From Macrostomum lignano (Eukaryota): 50,327 nucleotides of DNA. The position numbers were made by a program, and so were the translations under genes. Where the stretch lies: positions 1 to 50,327 of the forward strand of contig NIVC01004329.1 of the NCBI GenBank assembly GCA_002269645.1, written 5' to 3'. Under the pieces are notes generated by a model that was not told the origin of the DNA, did not search any database, and was given only the letters and a program-made list of their open reading frames with translations. This document shows, one piece after another, positions 34,231-46,092 of the stretch (the stretch's first letter is position 1; every line of letters begins with the position of its first letter).

Positions 34231-35115
34231 GTTCTGCACTTCATCATCCTGTCGCCGCAGGACGCTCTGAAGCAGCCTCACACCCACGTTTACCCGTGGA
34301 TTGTGTACTCTCTGTTCACCATCAGCCTGGTGCTGGTGCTGCACACCGTGGCCTGCTGGCTGACGGTGGCCCTGGCCGTGTTTCGCTATCTGTACATCGC
34401 GTTGCCGAGCCGCGGTGCCCAGCTGGCCAGTAAGCGCAACGCCTACATCAGCATCGCCGCCACCTACGGATTGTTCTGCCTGACCAACGTGCCCAACTAT
34501 CTGATGAACTCGGTCAGGGCTTGCCAGAGCTTTGTCACTAATCGCACGGTGTACTTTGTAGCAACTCCAGATGGCTTTAGCGAGCTGCTGATGCGCTCCA
34601 ACTACTGGACCATCGCCATCCTGTACAAGATCGTGCCCTGCCTGCTGCTCTCCGTGATGACCATCCTTCTCATCGTGGAGATGTCCAAGGCAGCCAGGCG
34701 GCGCAAGAAGCTGCTAAACAGTGGCAAATCGTCCAAGCGGGAGCAGAAGAAGGACAGCAGAGAGCAGCGAACAACAATGATGCTGTTGGCTATAGTGATT
34801 ATCTTCATAATTACAGAGCTGCCGCAAGGCATCATGTCGCTGCTGTGCTTCGTCAGCGACCAATTTAGCAGCAATGTGTACGCGCCAATGGGCGACCTGC
34901 TGGACCTGCTCTCTCTGATTAACAACAGCGTGAATTTCGTGCTTTACACTACCATGTCTAAGCAGTTCCGCGACACCTTCTCGGACATCTTTCTGTCCTG
35001 GCTGCCAAGGAGAGAGGCCGGGAACGCCGCGGCGGAGGTTGCTGACAGAGACGGCGTTAACCAAGGCGCCGAGGCTCAGGAGCTCAACAGGCGTGGCGGT
35101 GAAGAGATCAGCTAG
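34231..35115 (+). CDS. Same GPCR, coding exon 2 (TM2 end to TM7 and C-tail); total about 385 aa
   Basis: cctacgacag|34231 is phase 0. Motifs: HTVACWLTVALAVFRY (TM3), KIVPCLLL (TM5), RTTMMLLAIV…TELPQG (TM6), INNSVNFVLY..MSKQFRDTF (TM7/H8). Stop TAG at 35113. Confidence 0.92.
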   Translation, partial: VLHFIILSPQDALKQPHTHVYPWIVYSLFTISLVLVLHTVACWLTVALAVFRYLYIALPSRGAQLASKRNAYISIAATYGLFCLTNVPNYLMNSVRACQSFVTNRTVYFVATPDGFSELLMRSNYWTIAILYKIVPCLLLSVMTILLIVEMSKAARRRKKLLNSGKSSKREQKKDSREQRTTMMLLAIVIIFIITELPQGIMSLLCFVSDQFSSNVYAPMGDLLDLLSLINNSVNFVLYTTMSKQFRDTFSDIFLSWLPRREAGNAAAEVADRDGVNQGAEAQELNRRGGEEIS

Positions 35116-36194
35116 CAAGTGGGTTGAAGCGGAGATGCAAAAATGAAGATAGTAGACAACCGTAGCACAACAGATTTGACCACTGACCAACCAAGGACGC
35201 TTGCTTAGAAGTCTTTGATAGCACATTTTTATTCTGCATGCTTGCACACCTCTATCGACTTTGAACTTCCCTCTTTCCCAAAAGCTTCTTAAGCTAGAAC
35301 GCGCTTCTATACACTCAAGCCAGATCGTTTAGCGCAGTGGTGATGACACACTGGTATGAATCCAGTGATCTCTTAAAAACATTGTACCATGACCTTTTTG
35401 TACCATGCCCGCAAATGTCTTTAACCGCCCGAAATGTTCTTTTGACCATAGGCCACTGTTGTTCCTATTTCTTGCTTTCTAGGCTGCTTGACTCTTCGCC
35501 CATACTCTCGCCCTTGCTATGAAAGTGTAGCTGGGACAAAAATTTCTATAGTATAGTATCATTGATACCCATGCTTTAAAGGCACCCTGTATACCTTTTC
35601 GCAATTCGAATTCGGCCAAACTGCGAAACTTCTCGTCCACTAATGCTGTATTTATGGTAGCTAAATTCAGATCATGCCACAGACAGCTGCTACAGTTTGA
35701 AAAACAGTTTGTCCCAACCAGAATTGATTCAACTACAGAGCAACTTTATTTGATAGAAGAAAACTTGTGAACGACAAAGTTAGAACGTCAACTCAGCTGA
35801 ACGAATTCAATTTGCAAAAACGGAATATTACTTATGCGACCAAGCCATCGCCAGCACGATTCAATTTTAATAATTAACTTTTTTACCAACATAGTTTTTA
35901 AAGCGTCATTTGTTGAAAGCAACGGTTGAGCCCATCCCCTCTTGTTGCCGTGAGCGCTAAGAGGATTAGCCCAACTTAGCAATTCTTGTCGGATTAGCGA
36001 CAGGTTTTCACGCAGGACGGATTCTGAAATTTAAGAGTAGATTAACCAGCTGCTAAGACGACAGATAACAGTTTTGCTAATCCTTTATGAAAATCCCTAG
36101 GGAATCGCATGCTTTCTCTGAGTAACATGGTTGCAAAATCTGTTCAGAATTTCGCTTTTGTCACGGCTTTCTTTTAGAATAAGAAACTCTGCCT

Positions 36195-36985
36195 TGCAGT
36201 GCAGGCAGTGGAAGCGCCACGCCACGGATAAGGCAGTGCAGGCGCCACGCCACGGAAGAGGCAGTGGAAGCGCTACGCCACGGAAGAGGCAGTGGAAGCG
36301 CTACGCCACGGAAGAGGCAGTGGAAGCGCCACGCCACGCCACGGAAGAGGCAGTGGAAGCGCCACGCCACGCCACGGAAGAGGCAGTGGAAGCGCTACGC
36401 CACGGAAGAGGCAGTGGAAGCGCCACGCCATGGAAGAGGCAGTGCAGGCGCCACGCCACGGAAGAGGCAGTGCAGGCGCCACGCCACGAAGAGGCAGTGG
36501 AAGCGCCACACCACGGAAGAGGCAGTGGGAGCGCTACGCCACAGAAGAGGCAGTGGAAGCGCCACGCAACGGAAGAGGCAGTGGAAGCGCTACGCCACGG
36601 AAGAGGCAGTGGAGGCGCCACGGAAGAGGCAGTGGAAGCGCCACGCACGGAAGAGGCCACGAAGAGGCAGTGGAGGTGCCACAGAAGAGGCAGTGGAGGC
36701 GCCACAGAAGAGGCAGTGGAGGCGCCACAGAAGAGGCAGTGGAGGCGCCACGGAAGAGGCAGTGGAGGCGCCACAGAAGAGGCAGTGGAGGCGCCACAGA
36801 AGAGGCAGTAGAGGCGCCACAGAAGAGGCAGTGGAAGCGCCACGCAACGGAAGAGGCAGTGGAGGCGCCACGGAAGAGGCAGTGGAGGCGCCACGGAAGA
36901 GGCAGTGGAGGCGCCACGGAAGAGGCAGTGGAGGCGCCACAGAAAAGGCAGTGGAGGCGCAACGGAAGAGGCAGTGGAGGCGCCT
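36195..36985. repeat. 23-28-bp minisatellite family GCCAC(A/G)GAAGAGGCAGTGGA(A/G)GC
   Basis: Directly visible. Confidence 0.95.
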
Positions 36986-37344
36986 CTGGTAGTGGAGTCG
37001 GTACAGGAGGTGCCACTGGAGCGATGGAAAATCTTGGGAAGCAGTCGGTACCCGAGTCGCAAGAAATGTACTTTAGGCACAAAAAAGCTGAGCTGAGTGC
37101 TTTTAACTGAGCCCGCTGAATTTGATGCCAGATCAGCAAACACAAGTCCTACAACTAAAGCAAGCGGTAGACATCAAAGGCTGGTTAGAAACTTTATCTT
37201 GAACCGTCCAGTCTGCCGAAATACCAGTGTGCTATGATTTTATCCTTTACAGTGATCGCCACTGCGTTAGAACTAAGGAATATTCCAGTAAATTTAATGG
37301 CTGTCAACTGGCTAAACTAACAGGAATCTGGCCGGGTTCACAGG

Positions 37345-37635
37345 AACTTTATCGAGGTCACAGGAATCTCACTGGGTTCAGAGGAATCTTATCAAGGTCA
37401 CAGGAATCTCACTGGGTTCACAGGAATCTTATCAAGGTCACAGGAATCTCACTGGGTTCACAGGAATCTTATAAAGGGTCACAGGAATCTTATCAAGGTC
37501 ACAGGAATCTTATTAAGGGTCACAGGAATCTCACTGGGTTCACAGGAATCTTATCAAGGTCACAGGAATCTCACTGGGTTCACAGGAATCTTATAAAGGG
37601 TCACAGGAATCTTATCAAGGTCACAGGAATCTAGT
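37345..37635. repeat. 20/21-bp minisatellite CACAGGAATCT(CACTGGGTT / TATCAAGGT) with interspersed variants
   Basis: Directly visible. Confidence 0.93.
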
Positions 37636-38504
37636 CGTGTTCAAGGGAATTTCATTGAGATCACAGGAAAATTGTACTCGTAGAATTCACAGGAACCTAG
37701 CAGAGGTCACAGGAGACCAAATTCATATCTTCGAGCTCACATGAAGCTCACCGAGATCAATGGGTTCTGTGTTCCTTGATTCACACGGGTCTCGACACGA
37801 AAACAAGCACCTGAAAGGTTCGCACAGATATAGACTAACATACACCATTTATACTCAAGGTATAATAACTAACATCAGGTATCTCAGGCATAGACGACAG
37901 GTAACTGAGTACCAGCAGACTGTTAATGCTCAAAACAGAAGAAATAGCTACTCATTGTGGGAGATGAGTAGCTATTTCTCATGTCATTGTGAAATTGTCA
38001 TTGTGTCATTGTGGGAGACATCCCACAAGAAACAAAAGAAAGAAGTAGATTTCTAACGGAAGCTGAAAAGCTAAAAGTCTAAAAAGCAGCTCAATTCAGA
38101 CCCTGTAGAGAAAAAGTGCTGGCTGTGGCGGGCCATTGTTTGTCAAGATAGTATTGCAGCAGATTTTACCGCTTCAGGGACACAGAAGCAGAACCAGCAA
38201 ATGGAGGGGGGGGGGCTTGCGAGTAAATTGCCCATTGTCCTCCGGAACAGTGGAAAATTGAAAGAATTGAAAACAACTTCCAAGCCGTATGAAAGCATTA
38301 TAGACGATGAACAATAACAATGGAAAGTGATAAATGGATGATTGAAATGCAATGAGGAGAGCGTGACTCACGAACTGAATGATAATGCGGATGGCAGCAG
38401 AGAAAACCGATCGCGTCTCGAGTGAGAAATAGTCTAAAGGTAGAGTAGAATTATACTACTGACTCAGATATAATATAGTAGTATTAGTAGCTATGGCCCA
38501 GCTT

Positions 38505-39650
38505 AAAAATCTGGCATATGAGATAGTGGCAGATCTGTTGATAAATCTGGCATATGAGACAGTGGCAGATCTGTTTATAAACCTGGCATATGAGACTGGC
38601 AGATCTGTTGATAAATCTGGCACATGGGATAGTGGCAGACCTGTTTATAAACCTGGCATATGAGACAGTGGCAGATCTGATTATAAATCTGGCATATGAG
38701 ATAGTGGCAGATCTGATTTTAAATTTGGCATACGAGATAGTGGCAGATCTGATTTTAAACCTGGCATATGAGATAGTGGCAGATCTGTTTATAAATCTGG
38801 CATATGGGATAGTGGCAGATCTGATTTTAAATTTGGCATATGAGATAGTGGCAGATCTGATTTTAAACCTGGCATATGAGATAGTGGCAGATCTGTTTAT
38901 AAATCTGGCATATGGGATAGTGGCAGATCTGTTTAAAAATCTGGCACATGAGATAGTGGCAGATCTGTTTATAAATCTGGCCTATAAGATAGTGGCAGAT
39001 CTGTTTATAAATCTGGCACATGAGATAGTGGCAGATCTGTTTATAAATCTGGCCTATAAGATAGTGGCAGATCTGTTTATAAATCTGGCATATGAGATAG
39101 TGGCAGATCTGTTTATAAATCTGGCACATGGGATAGTGACAGATCTGTTTATAAATCTGGCCTATAAGATAGTGGCAGATCTGTTTATAAATCTGGCCTA
39201 TAAGATAGTGACAGATCTGTTTATAAATCTGGCATATGAGATAGTGGCAGATCTGTTTATAAATCTGGCATATGAGATAGTGGCAGATCTGTTTATAAAT
39301 CTGGCACATGGATAGTGACAGATCTGTTTATAAATCTGGCATATGAGATAGTGGCAGATCTGATTTTAAACCTGGCACATGGGATAGTGGCAGATCTGAT
39401 TTTAAACCTGGCATATGGAATAGTGGCAGATCTGATTTTAAACCTGGCATATGGAATAGTGGCAGATCTGATTTTAAACCTGGCATATGGAATAGTGGCA
39501 GATCTGATTTTAAACCTGGCATATGGAATAGTGGCAGATCTGATTTTAAACCTGGCATATGGAATAGTGGCAGATCTGATTTTAAACCTGGCATATGGAA
39601 TAGTGGCAGATCTGATTTTAAACCTGGCATATGGAATAGTGGCAGATCGA
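38505..39650. repeat. 36-bp minisatellite ATCTGGCATATGAGATAGTGGCAGATCTGTTTATAA, about 31 copies
   Basis: Directly visible; produces the 12-aa repeat ORFs. Confidence 0.97.
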
Positions 39651-39939
39651 AACGATCTATTGACAAACAAAACCAGTTCTAACAAGGAAATAATTATACA
39701 TTCGAAGGTGATGAAATGCAGCAAGACTTTTCAAGTTCTGCCTTTTTTATTTTTTTGTGCCAAAAAAACAGAAAATAAATATTTTGCGAGTCTGGAGAAA
39801 TGTCTTTCGATTTTTTGAAATAAAGGCAGAAGCAGGAAAATATTTCAAAGATGCAAAACAATATCAGTGTGTGCTTAAAATTCAGAACATCTGATTGTGG
39901 TCTGTCTGCTTTCAAGATATTGTCGGTTTTGCCTGGACT

Positions 39940-40828
39940 CTATCTCTCTCTGACTCTCTGCTACTCCACTCTGATTTATGATCTCTCTCTGACTCTCTGC
40001 TACTCCACTCTGATTTATGATCTCTCTCTGACTCTCTGCTACTCCACTCTGATTTATGATCTCTCTCTCTGACTCTCTGCTACTCCACTCTGATTTATGA
40101 TCTCTCTCTGACTCTCTGCTACTCCACTCTGATTTATGATCTCTGTCTCTGACTGTCTCAGCTACTCCACTCTGATTTATGATCTCTCTCTGACTCTCTG
40201 CTACTCCACTCTGATTTATGATCTCTCTCTCTGACTCTCTGCTACTCCACTCTGATTTATGATCTCTCTCTGACTCTCTGCTACTCCACTCTGATTTATG
40301 ATCTCTGTCTCTGACTGTCTCAGCTACTCCACTCTGATTTATGATCTCGCTCTGACTCTCTGCTACTCCACTCTGATTTATGATCTCTGTCTCTGACTGT
40401 CTCAGCTACTCCACTCTGATTTATGATCTCTGTCTCTGACTGTCTCAGCTACTCCACTCTGATTTATGATCTCGCTCTGACTCTCTGCTACTCCACTCTG
40501 ATTTATGATCTCTGTCTCTGACTGTCTCAGCTACTCCACTCTGATTTATGATCTCTCTCTGACTCTCTGCTACTCCACTCTGATTTATGATCTCTCTCTC
40601 TCTGACTGTCTCAGCTACTCCACTCTGATTTATGATCTCTGTCTCTGACTGTCTCAGCTACTCCACTCTGATTTATGATCTCTCTCTCTCTGACTGTCTC
40701 AGCTACTCCACTCTGATTTATGATCTCTGTCTCTGACTGTCTCAGCTACTCCACTCTGATTTATGATCTCTCTCTGCCTCTCTGCTACTCCACTCTGATT
40801 TATGATCTCTCTCTGCCTCTCAGCTACT
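39940..40828. repeat. 39-43-bp minisatellite CTACTCCACTCTGATTTATGATCTCTCTCTGACTCTCTG with two interspersed variant types
   Basis: Directly visible. Confidence 0.97.
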
Positions 40829-41199
40829 AAGTCAAAATAATCAATTAATTAGTTTAAAAATGAAGCCGACATTTGTGAGAATAAAGGTGCGCGGATCGGC
40901 AGTCTTGGTTGCTAGAAAACGATTACAAAATGAAAGTTGTTCGGGTGGCGAATAGGGAACTGGAGAGCAATGAAAACTGAAGTACTTTACGCGATTAATT
41001 AATTGCATGATGCGTGGGAAATTTATGAGAAAACTTGTCCAAGCAAATTTTTAATTAATAAAAGAGTACAGTTACGAGTGCATTGACCAATAACTGATAG
41101 AAAAGGTAAGGGATGGGGATTGGCATGATTAATCAGGAATTGAGATTAGGGACGTGTGCTCCAGGATTGGATGCTATGAATGGAAAAGAGGATGGAGGT

Positions 41200-41770
41200 C
41201 AGGGAGGGGGTCAGGGATGGGGGTCACGAATGGGGATCAGGGATGGGATCAGGGATGGGAGTCGAGGATGGGAGTCGGGGATGGGAGTCGGGGATGGGGG
41301 TCAGGGATGGGAGTCGAGGATGGGAGTCGGGGATGGGAGTCGGGGATGGGGGTCAGGGATGGGAGTCGAGGATGGGAGTCGGGGATGGGAGTCGGGGATG
41401 GGGGTCAGGGATGGGGGTCAGGAATGGGGATTAGGGATGGGGGTCAGGGATGGGGGTCAGGAATGGGGATTAGGGATGGGGGTCAGGGATGGGGGTCAGG
41501 AATGGGAGTCAGGAATGGTGATTAGGGATGGGAGTCGGGGATGGGGGTCAGAGATGGGGTCAGAGAGATGGGGGTCAGGGATGGGGTCAGGGATGGGATT
41601 CGGGGATGGGGGTCAGAGATGGGGTCAGAGAGATGGGGGTCAGGGATGGGGTCAGGGATGGGGGTCAGAGATGGGGGTCAGAGATGGGGTCAGAGAGATG
41701 GGGGTCAGGGATGGGGTCAGAGAGATGGGGGTCAGAGATATGGGTCAGGGATGGGAGTCAGGGATGGAAA
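41200..41770. repeat. G-rich 13-15-bp minisatellite GGGATGGG(G/A)GTC(A/G)G
   Basis: Directly visible. Confidence 0.95.
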
Positions 41771-41962
41771 TCCGGTATATGATATTATAGATGTCGAGAG
41801 GCATGAGTGGCAAAGTGAGGGAGAACGGATGGCGGCAAAGTGATAAAATAGATAATTAATTTTCAGAAAAGCAGAGGAGCACAGCAGCATGGCCGTCTTA
41901 AAATTAAGGTTACAAAGACTATCAGTCCCCGAGAGTATGGATAAAAATGAAATCTGCAAATC

Positions 41963-42296
41963 TCAACTATCCGCAGATTTGGTGGGCGGTTCGGGCTGCG
42001 GCTGCAGTTGCTGCGGGTCTTCTGACTCGGCTGATTCTTCTTCAACAGAGCCTTCACCTTCCGCTTCGGCTGCGACATCTTCGCTTGCATCTTCGACTGG
42101 GGCGGCTTCAACTCTGCCGCCTCCGCCGAGAGGATCAAAGGAGCCGACAAGAGCTGAATCTACCGGCTGGCTGCAGTTGGGGCAGGTGAAACTGCGCATT
42201 AGCCAAGCGTCAATGCAGGCCTTGTGAAAGCTGTGAGCGCACGGCAGGTAGCGCAGTTCGTCGCCGTTCTCGTATTCGACCATGCAGATGACGCAC
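41963..42296 (-). CDS. RNF11: RNF11-like exon 3: RING-H2 ([50 protein letters not shown]) plus acidic tail
   Basis: Complete C3H2C3 ligand set; [14 protein letters not shown] is characteristic of RNF11. Acceptor gcgcccag|42296 and stop TGA at 41965-41963. Confidence 0.9.
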
Positions 42297-42344
42297 CTGG
42301 GCGCAATGGGGCAGGTGGCAATACCTGCTGTGAGAGGGGTGCTG

Positions 42345-42632
42345 GGACACTGTCTGTGGGGTACTGGGACACTGTCTGTGGGGTACTGGGACACTGTCTG
42401 TGGGGTACCGGGACACTGTCTGTGGGTACCGGGACACTGTGTGGTAATGGGACACTGTGTGGTAATGGGACACTGTGGGGTACTGGGACACTGTCTGTGG
42501 GGTACCGGGACACTGTGTGGTAATGGGACACTGTGGGGTACTGGGACACTGTGGGGTACCGGGACGCTGTCTGTGGGGTACCGGGACACTGTCTGTGTGG
42601 TAATGGGACACTGTGGGGTACTGGGACACTGG
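42345..42632. repeat. 19-23-bp minisatellite GGGACACTGT(CT)GTGG(GGTACT/TAAT) in RNF11 intron 2
   Basis: Directly visible. Confidence 0.93.
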
Positions 42633-42724
42633 CTCAGTGAAATCAGATAGGGTCCGCCGTGAATTTCAAGGGAATGTTTCGGTTTATAGCAAGTCAGAAA
42701 AAATCGCCCAGCAAGCCTCCTCAC

Positions 42725-42913
42725 TCTTTGTCGCTATCTTTGTCTCGCTCCATGTAGAATCGAATTGGCAAGTAGCCAATCAGGCCGATTCGCTTGGCAA
42801 TTTTCACCTGCTCGTCTTCGGACAGCTCGTCCACTCGGCGGCTACTGTCCGGGGTCAGGAAGTACCGCTGCTGCCGATTAGCCTGCGGTTTTGGTGTGAT
42901 ACGGGAGCTTGGG
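42725..42913 (-). CDS. RNF11: RNF11-like exon 2 (…[34 protein letters not shown]…DKE)
   Basis: Matches RNF11 TPSQTRLATQLTEEEQIRIAQRIGLIQHLP. Acceptor cgcctag|42913 and donor 42725|gtgagg, phase 2-2. Not in the ORF track. Confidence 0.88.
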
Positions 42914-43270
42914 CTAGGCGTAGTCTAGACTCAAGAGCAGGGTCGGCAAACTCCGACCTGCTATGCCTCTTTATCCGGTTCTCGGGTCCTTTGAGACTTC
43001 ACAATAGCAATCCGGCTCACTCCATTTTTGTGTCTCTTCTCTGCTCTCTTCTTTCCTCTCCCTTCTCCCCTCTTCTCTCCTCTCTTACTATTCTCTCCTC
43101 TCCTCTTCCTTCTCTCCACTTTACTGCGAGTCTCTTCTCTCTCCTCCATTCTCTCCTCTCCTCTCCCTACTCTTCCGTCTTCTCTTCTCTCTTTTCTCTT
43201 CTAATCTCTCCTCTCCTATCCCTTCTCTTCTTTTTCTTCTACTATTTCGTCTCTCTTTTATTCTTCTTTA

Positions 43271-43372
43271 TTCTATTGGCAACACATACATGTAATTCGC
43301 TATTGGCTGAGAGCAGTCACGTGACTACTATTCCGTCCAATAGCGACTTACATGTGTGTGTTGCCAATAGAA
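43271..43372. mobile_element. About 100-bp hairpin/MITE-like element with 36-bp inverted arms
   Basis: Arms 43273-43306 and 43337-43370 are complementary with 2 mismatches; central palindrome AGTCACGTGACT. No target-site duplication seen. Confidence 0.6.
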
Positions 43373-44059
43373 ACGGCCGAGTGAATCCCAAGGTTGCGCC
43401 CAAGCATGTTGCCTCTCCTTTTTCTCATCTCTTCTCTCCCCTCCTCGGGCCCGCAATCATGCGCTGGGTTCTCTACCTGGCCTTTAAGGTAAAAAAAGTC
43501 TGCCGATCCCTGCTTTAGAACTAAAAAAGGTTGAATTGAACCCCCACAAAGAATTGGATCCAAATTCCAAAAAATGATTTCATCACAAGCCTTATGACTA
43601 TTACTAATAGCTATGACTCCCGGGTTCGAAAAATAATTTATATAGGAGAGGAATCAAAATTGTTTAAAGATTAGCTCATAAGTCAGAACTAGAATACCAG
43701 TAAATAGTAAATTTTAGTGAATTAAATGATTTCTAAATAATAAAAAGCCAGGAACTAATAATTAGAAAAGTAAATATCACAATCAAGTTTTTTTTACTTA
43801 TTGACCTTTGAAAAATGAGAAACGTATTGACCATGACCAAGATTCAAATGATCGAGAAAGGAAAGTTCTAGGATCCATCTTATTACGAGCTAACATCTTG
43901 AAAATAATCTTGTCCAACCCCTCTTATCGCTTTGAAAAAGAGTGCCCTCGACTGCAGCAGCCGCAGCTACATAAAACGAGAGACAGAGAGACCGCAGCGA
44001 CAGGACAGTGGTCAGAAAGTAGAAGCTAATGTCCCGAATTAAGAATTCCAGAGCAAAAA

Positions 44060-44523
44060 GGTCATCAGCTTTGCCATTGCCTCCTCCTGGTTCTTTCTTG
44101 CACGAGTCTGGTCATCAGCTTTGCCATTGCCTCCTCCTGGTTCTTTCTTGCACGAGTCTGGTCATCAGCTTTGCCATTGCCTCCTCCTGGTTCTTTCTTG
44201 CACGAGTCTGGTCATCAGCTTTGCCATTGCCTCCTCCTGGTTCTTTCTTGCACGAGTCTGGTCATCAGCTTTGCCATTGCCTCCTCCTGGTTCTTTCTTG
44301 CACGAGTCTGGTCATCAGCTTTGCCATTGCCTCCTCCTGGTTCTTTCTTGCACGAGTCTGGTCATCAGCTTTGGCATTGCCTCCTCCTGGTTCTTTCTTG
44401 CACGAGTCTGGTCATCAGCTTTGCCATTGCCTCCTCCTGGTTCTTTCTTGCACGAGTCTGGTCATCAGCTTTGCCATTGCCTCCTCCTGGTTCTTTCTTG
44501 CACGAGTCTGGTCATCAGCTTTG
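44060..44523. repeat. 50-bp minisatellite x9 (GGTCATCAGCTTTGCCATTGCCTCCTCCTGGTTCTTTCTTGCACGAGTCT), nearly perfect
   Basis: Unit starts every 50 nt from 44060 to 44510; one C>G variant near 44364. Confidence 0.98.
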
Positions 44524-45943
44524 ACATAAGCAGCAAAGACAGATGCAAGCAATATGGGACTGAGCTTCACTGCTGCCAAGTTTTAATGGCTACGAGCAAA
44601 TCCAGGATGGCATTGCATCATAGTTTGACATTGCTAGAGACCCGCTTTAGCACATGCTCAAGTGGCAGTTTCAAGTGGGAAGTTTTAAGGCGAAGTTTTT
44701 TATCTCAATTAGCAAGTTGTCTAGTTGCTTCACAGGAATGACACTGGGCATAACCTTTAGCAACGTGCAGAACTGTTATCAAACTTAAAGTTGGTGCCCA
44801 AGAAGAAATTTTGGTCAAGGAAGCAAAGTCTACATAGCACACAAGTTTCTAGTGGTAGATAGTTAAACAACAGACTAACAAGCTCAGTTTCAAAGTTCCA
44901 GACATCCTTAAAGAAGCCAACTTGCTCAATGGGCAACAACTCTATACTACAAATATATCTTGTACAAATCTAGTTATATTTAGACCCACCTAATAGATTC
45001 CAAACACAGAAACTATATATAAAATTATTAGCAAATGAATCAATTTTTTTAAAATTTATTATAAAAAGACTTTTTATGGCAAAATGATTATATATAGATC
45101 AGATATAGAAAAAACAGATCTAAAAAAGTATCTAAAACAATAAATAGCATAATAGCACAGTCATTATCAAAACAGTGCAAGTATGGTAATACCAGATTTA
45201 AAATATGCTGCCAAAAATCTAATCCAAAATTTATATTTTGTTATCCCCAATATATCTAATTATAGGTTAAACATAAATTTAAACATTTCCATGCATGCAT
45301 AGGAGGCTTATATATATTTAACTATAAAGTTTATTAATAATAATTGGGAATTCCCATTTATTCATTTATTTAAAAATAAATTAAAATTAGGATTTTCTTC
45401 TTGTTTTTTTCAATTTATAGATAAAAATATAGAAAAACAATTTTTAGTATAGGATTAGAATGAAAAAATTAGGTGATATAAACCTAGACATAATATATAG
45501 GTATATAAGCTAAATAATTATTAAAAAAGAAAAAAGCCCTCAAGCAAAACCATGAAAATTTAAATTTTAAAGGCAAATTTATATTATAGCATTTAAAAAG
45601 TTTTTAGACCTTGGCTTATACCTTTAGGCATATATATGGCTTTATTAAGACTATTTAATGTTTAGTTTTTTGCTAAGCTATAAATATAGAATACTAAAAT
45701 AGCAATCAAAAAAGGCATATACTATAATACTAGACTTAATATTATTAGATATATATTTAAAAAATTATGAACACTAATACAAGCTTAAGATTAGCAAAAT
45801 TTAATCAATGTTAAAAAATTATCTGTCTTGAATTATTTTGAATGGACTTAACTATAAGAAATTAATAGGCTTACTTCCTAGCTAGTTAGGCATGGACAAA
45901 TGAATCAACACAGAATCATGCATTGACATATGCCTTGGCCTAC

Positions 45944-46092
45944 CTGATCTTGGCCTTGGATGTAGGATTGCTGCTTGTACCACTTTGTTGTTGAGCATGC
46001 CTTGATGGATGACTATTTTCTCGCAAAAGGCTTGCATTGCTACCTTCATTATCCTCTGGGGAGCTCACACAGTTTCTTAGTGTGTTACCCAT
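45944..46092 (-). CDS. RNF11: RNF11-like exon 1 (MGNTLRNCVSSPEDNEGSNASLLRENSHPSRHAQQQSGTSSNPTSKAKI)
   Basis: MGN start (N-myristoylation type) and an SLL motif as in RNF11 MGNCLKSPTSDDISLL. The 149 nt end in phase 2 at 45944|gtaggc, matching exon 2. Total 223 aa. Confidence 0.75.

Noticed and set aside
38143-38235. MGNLLAS… on the minus strand as a possible RNF11 start or myristoylated protein
   Set aside because: It lies downstream of the RNF11 stop; the true MGN exon is at 46092. No supporting downstream exon was found.
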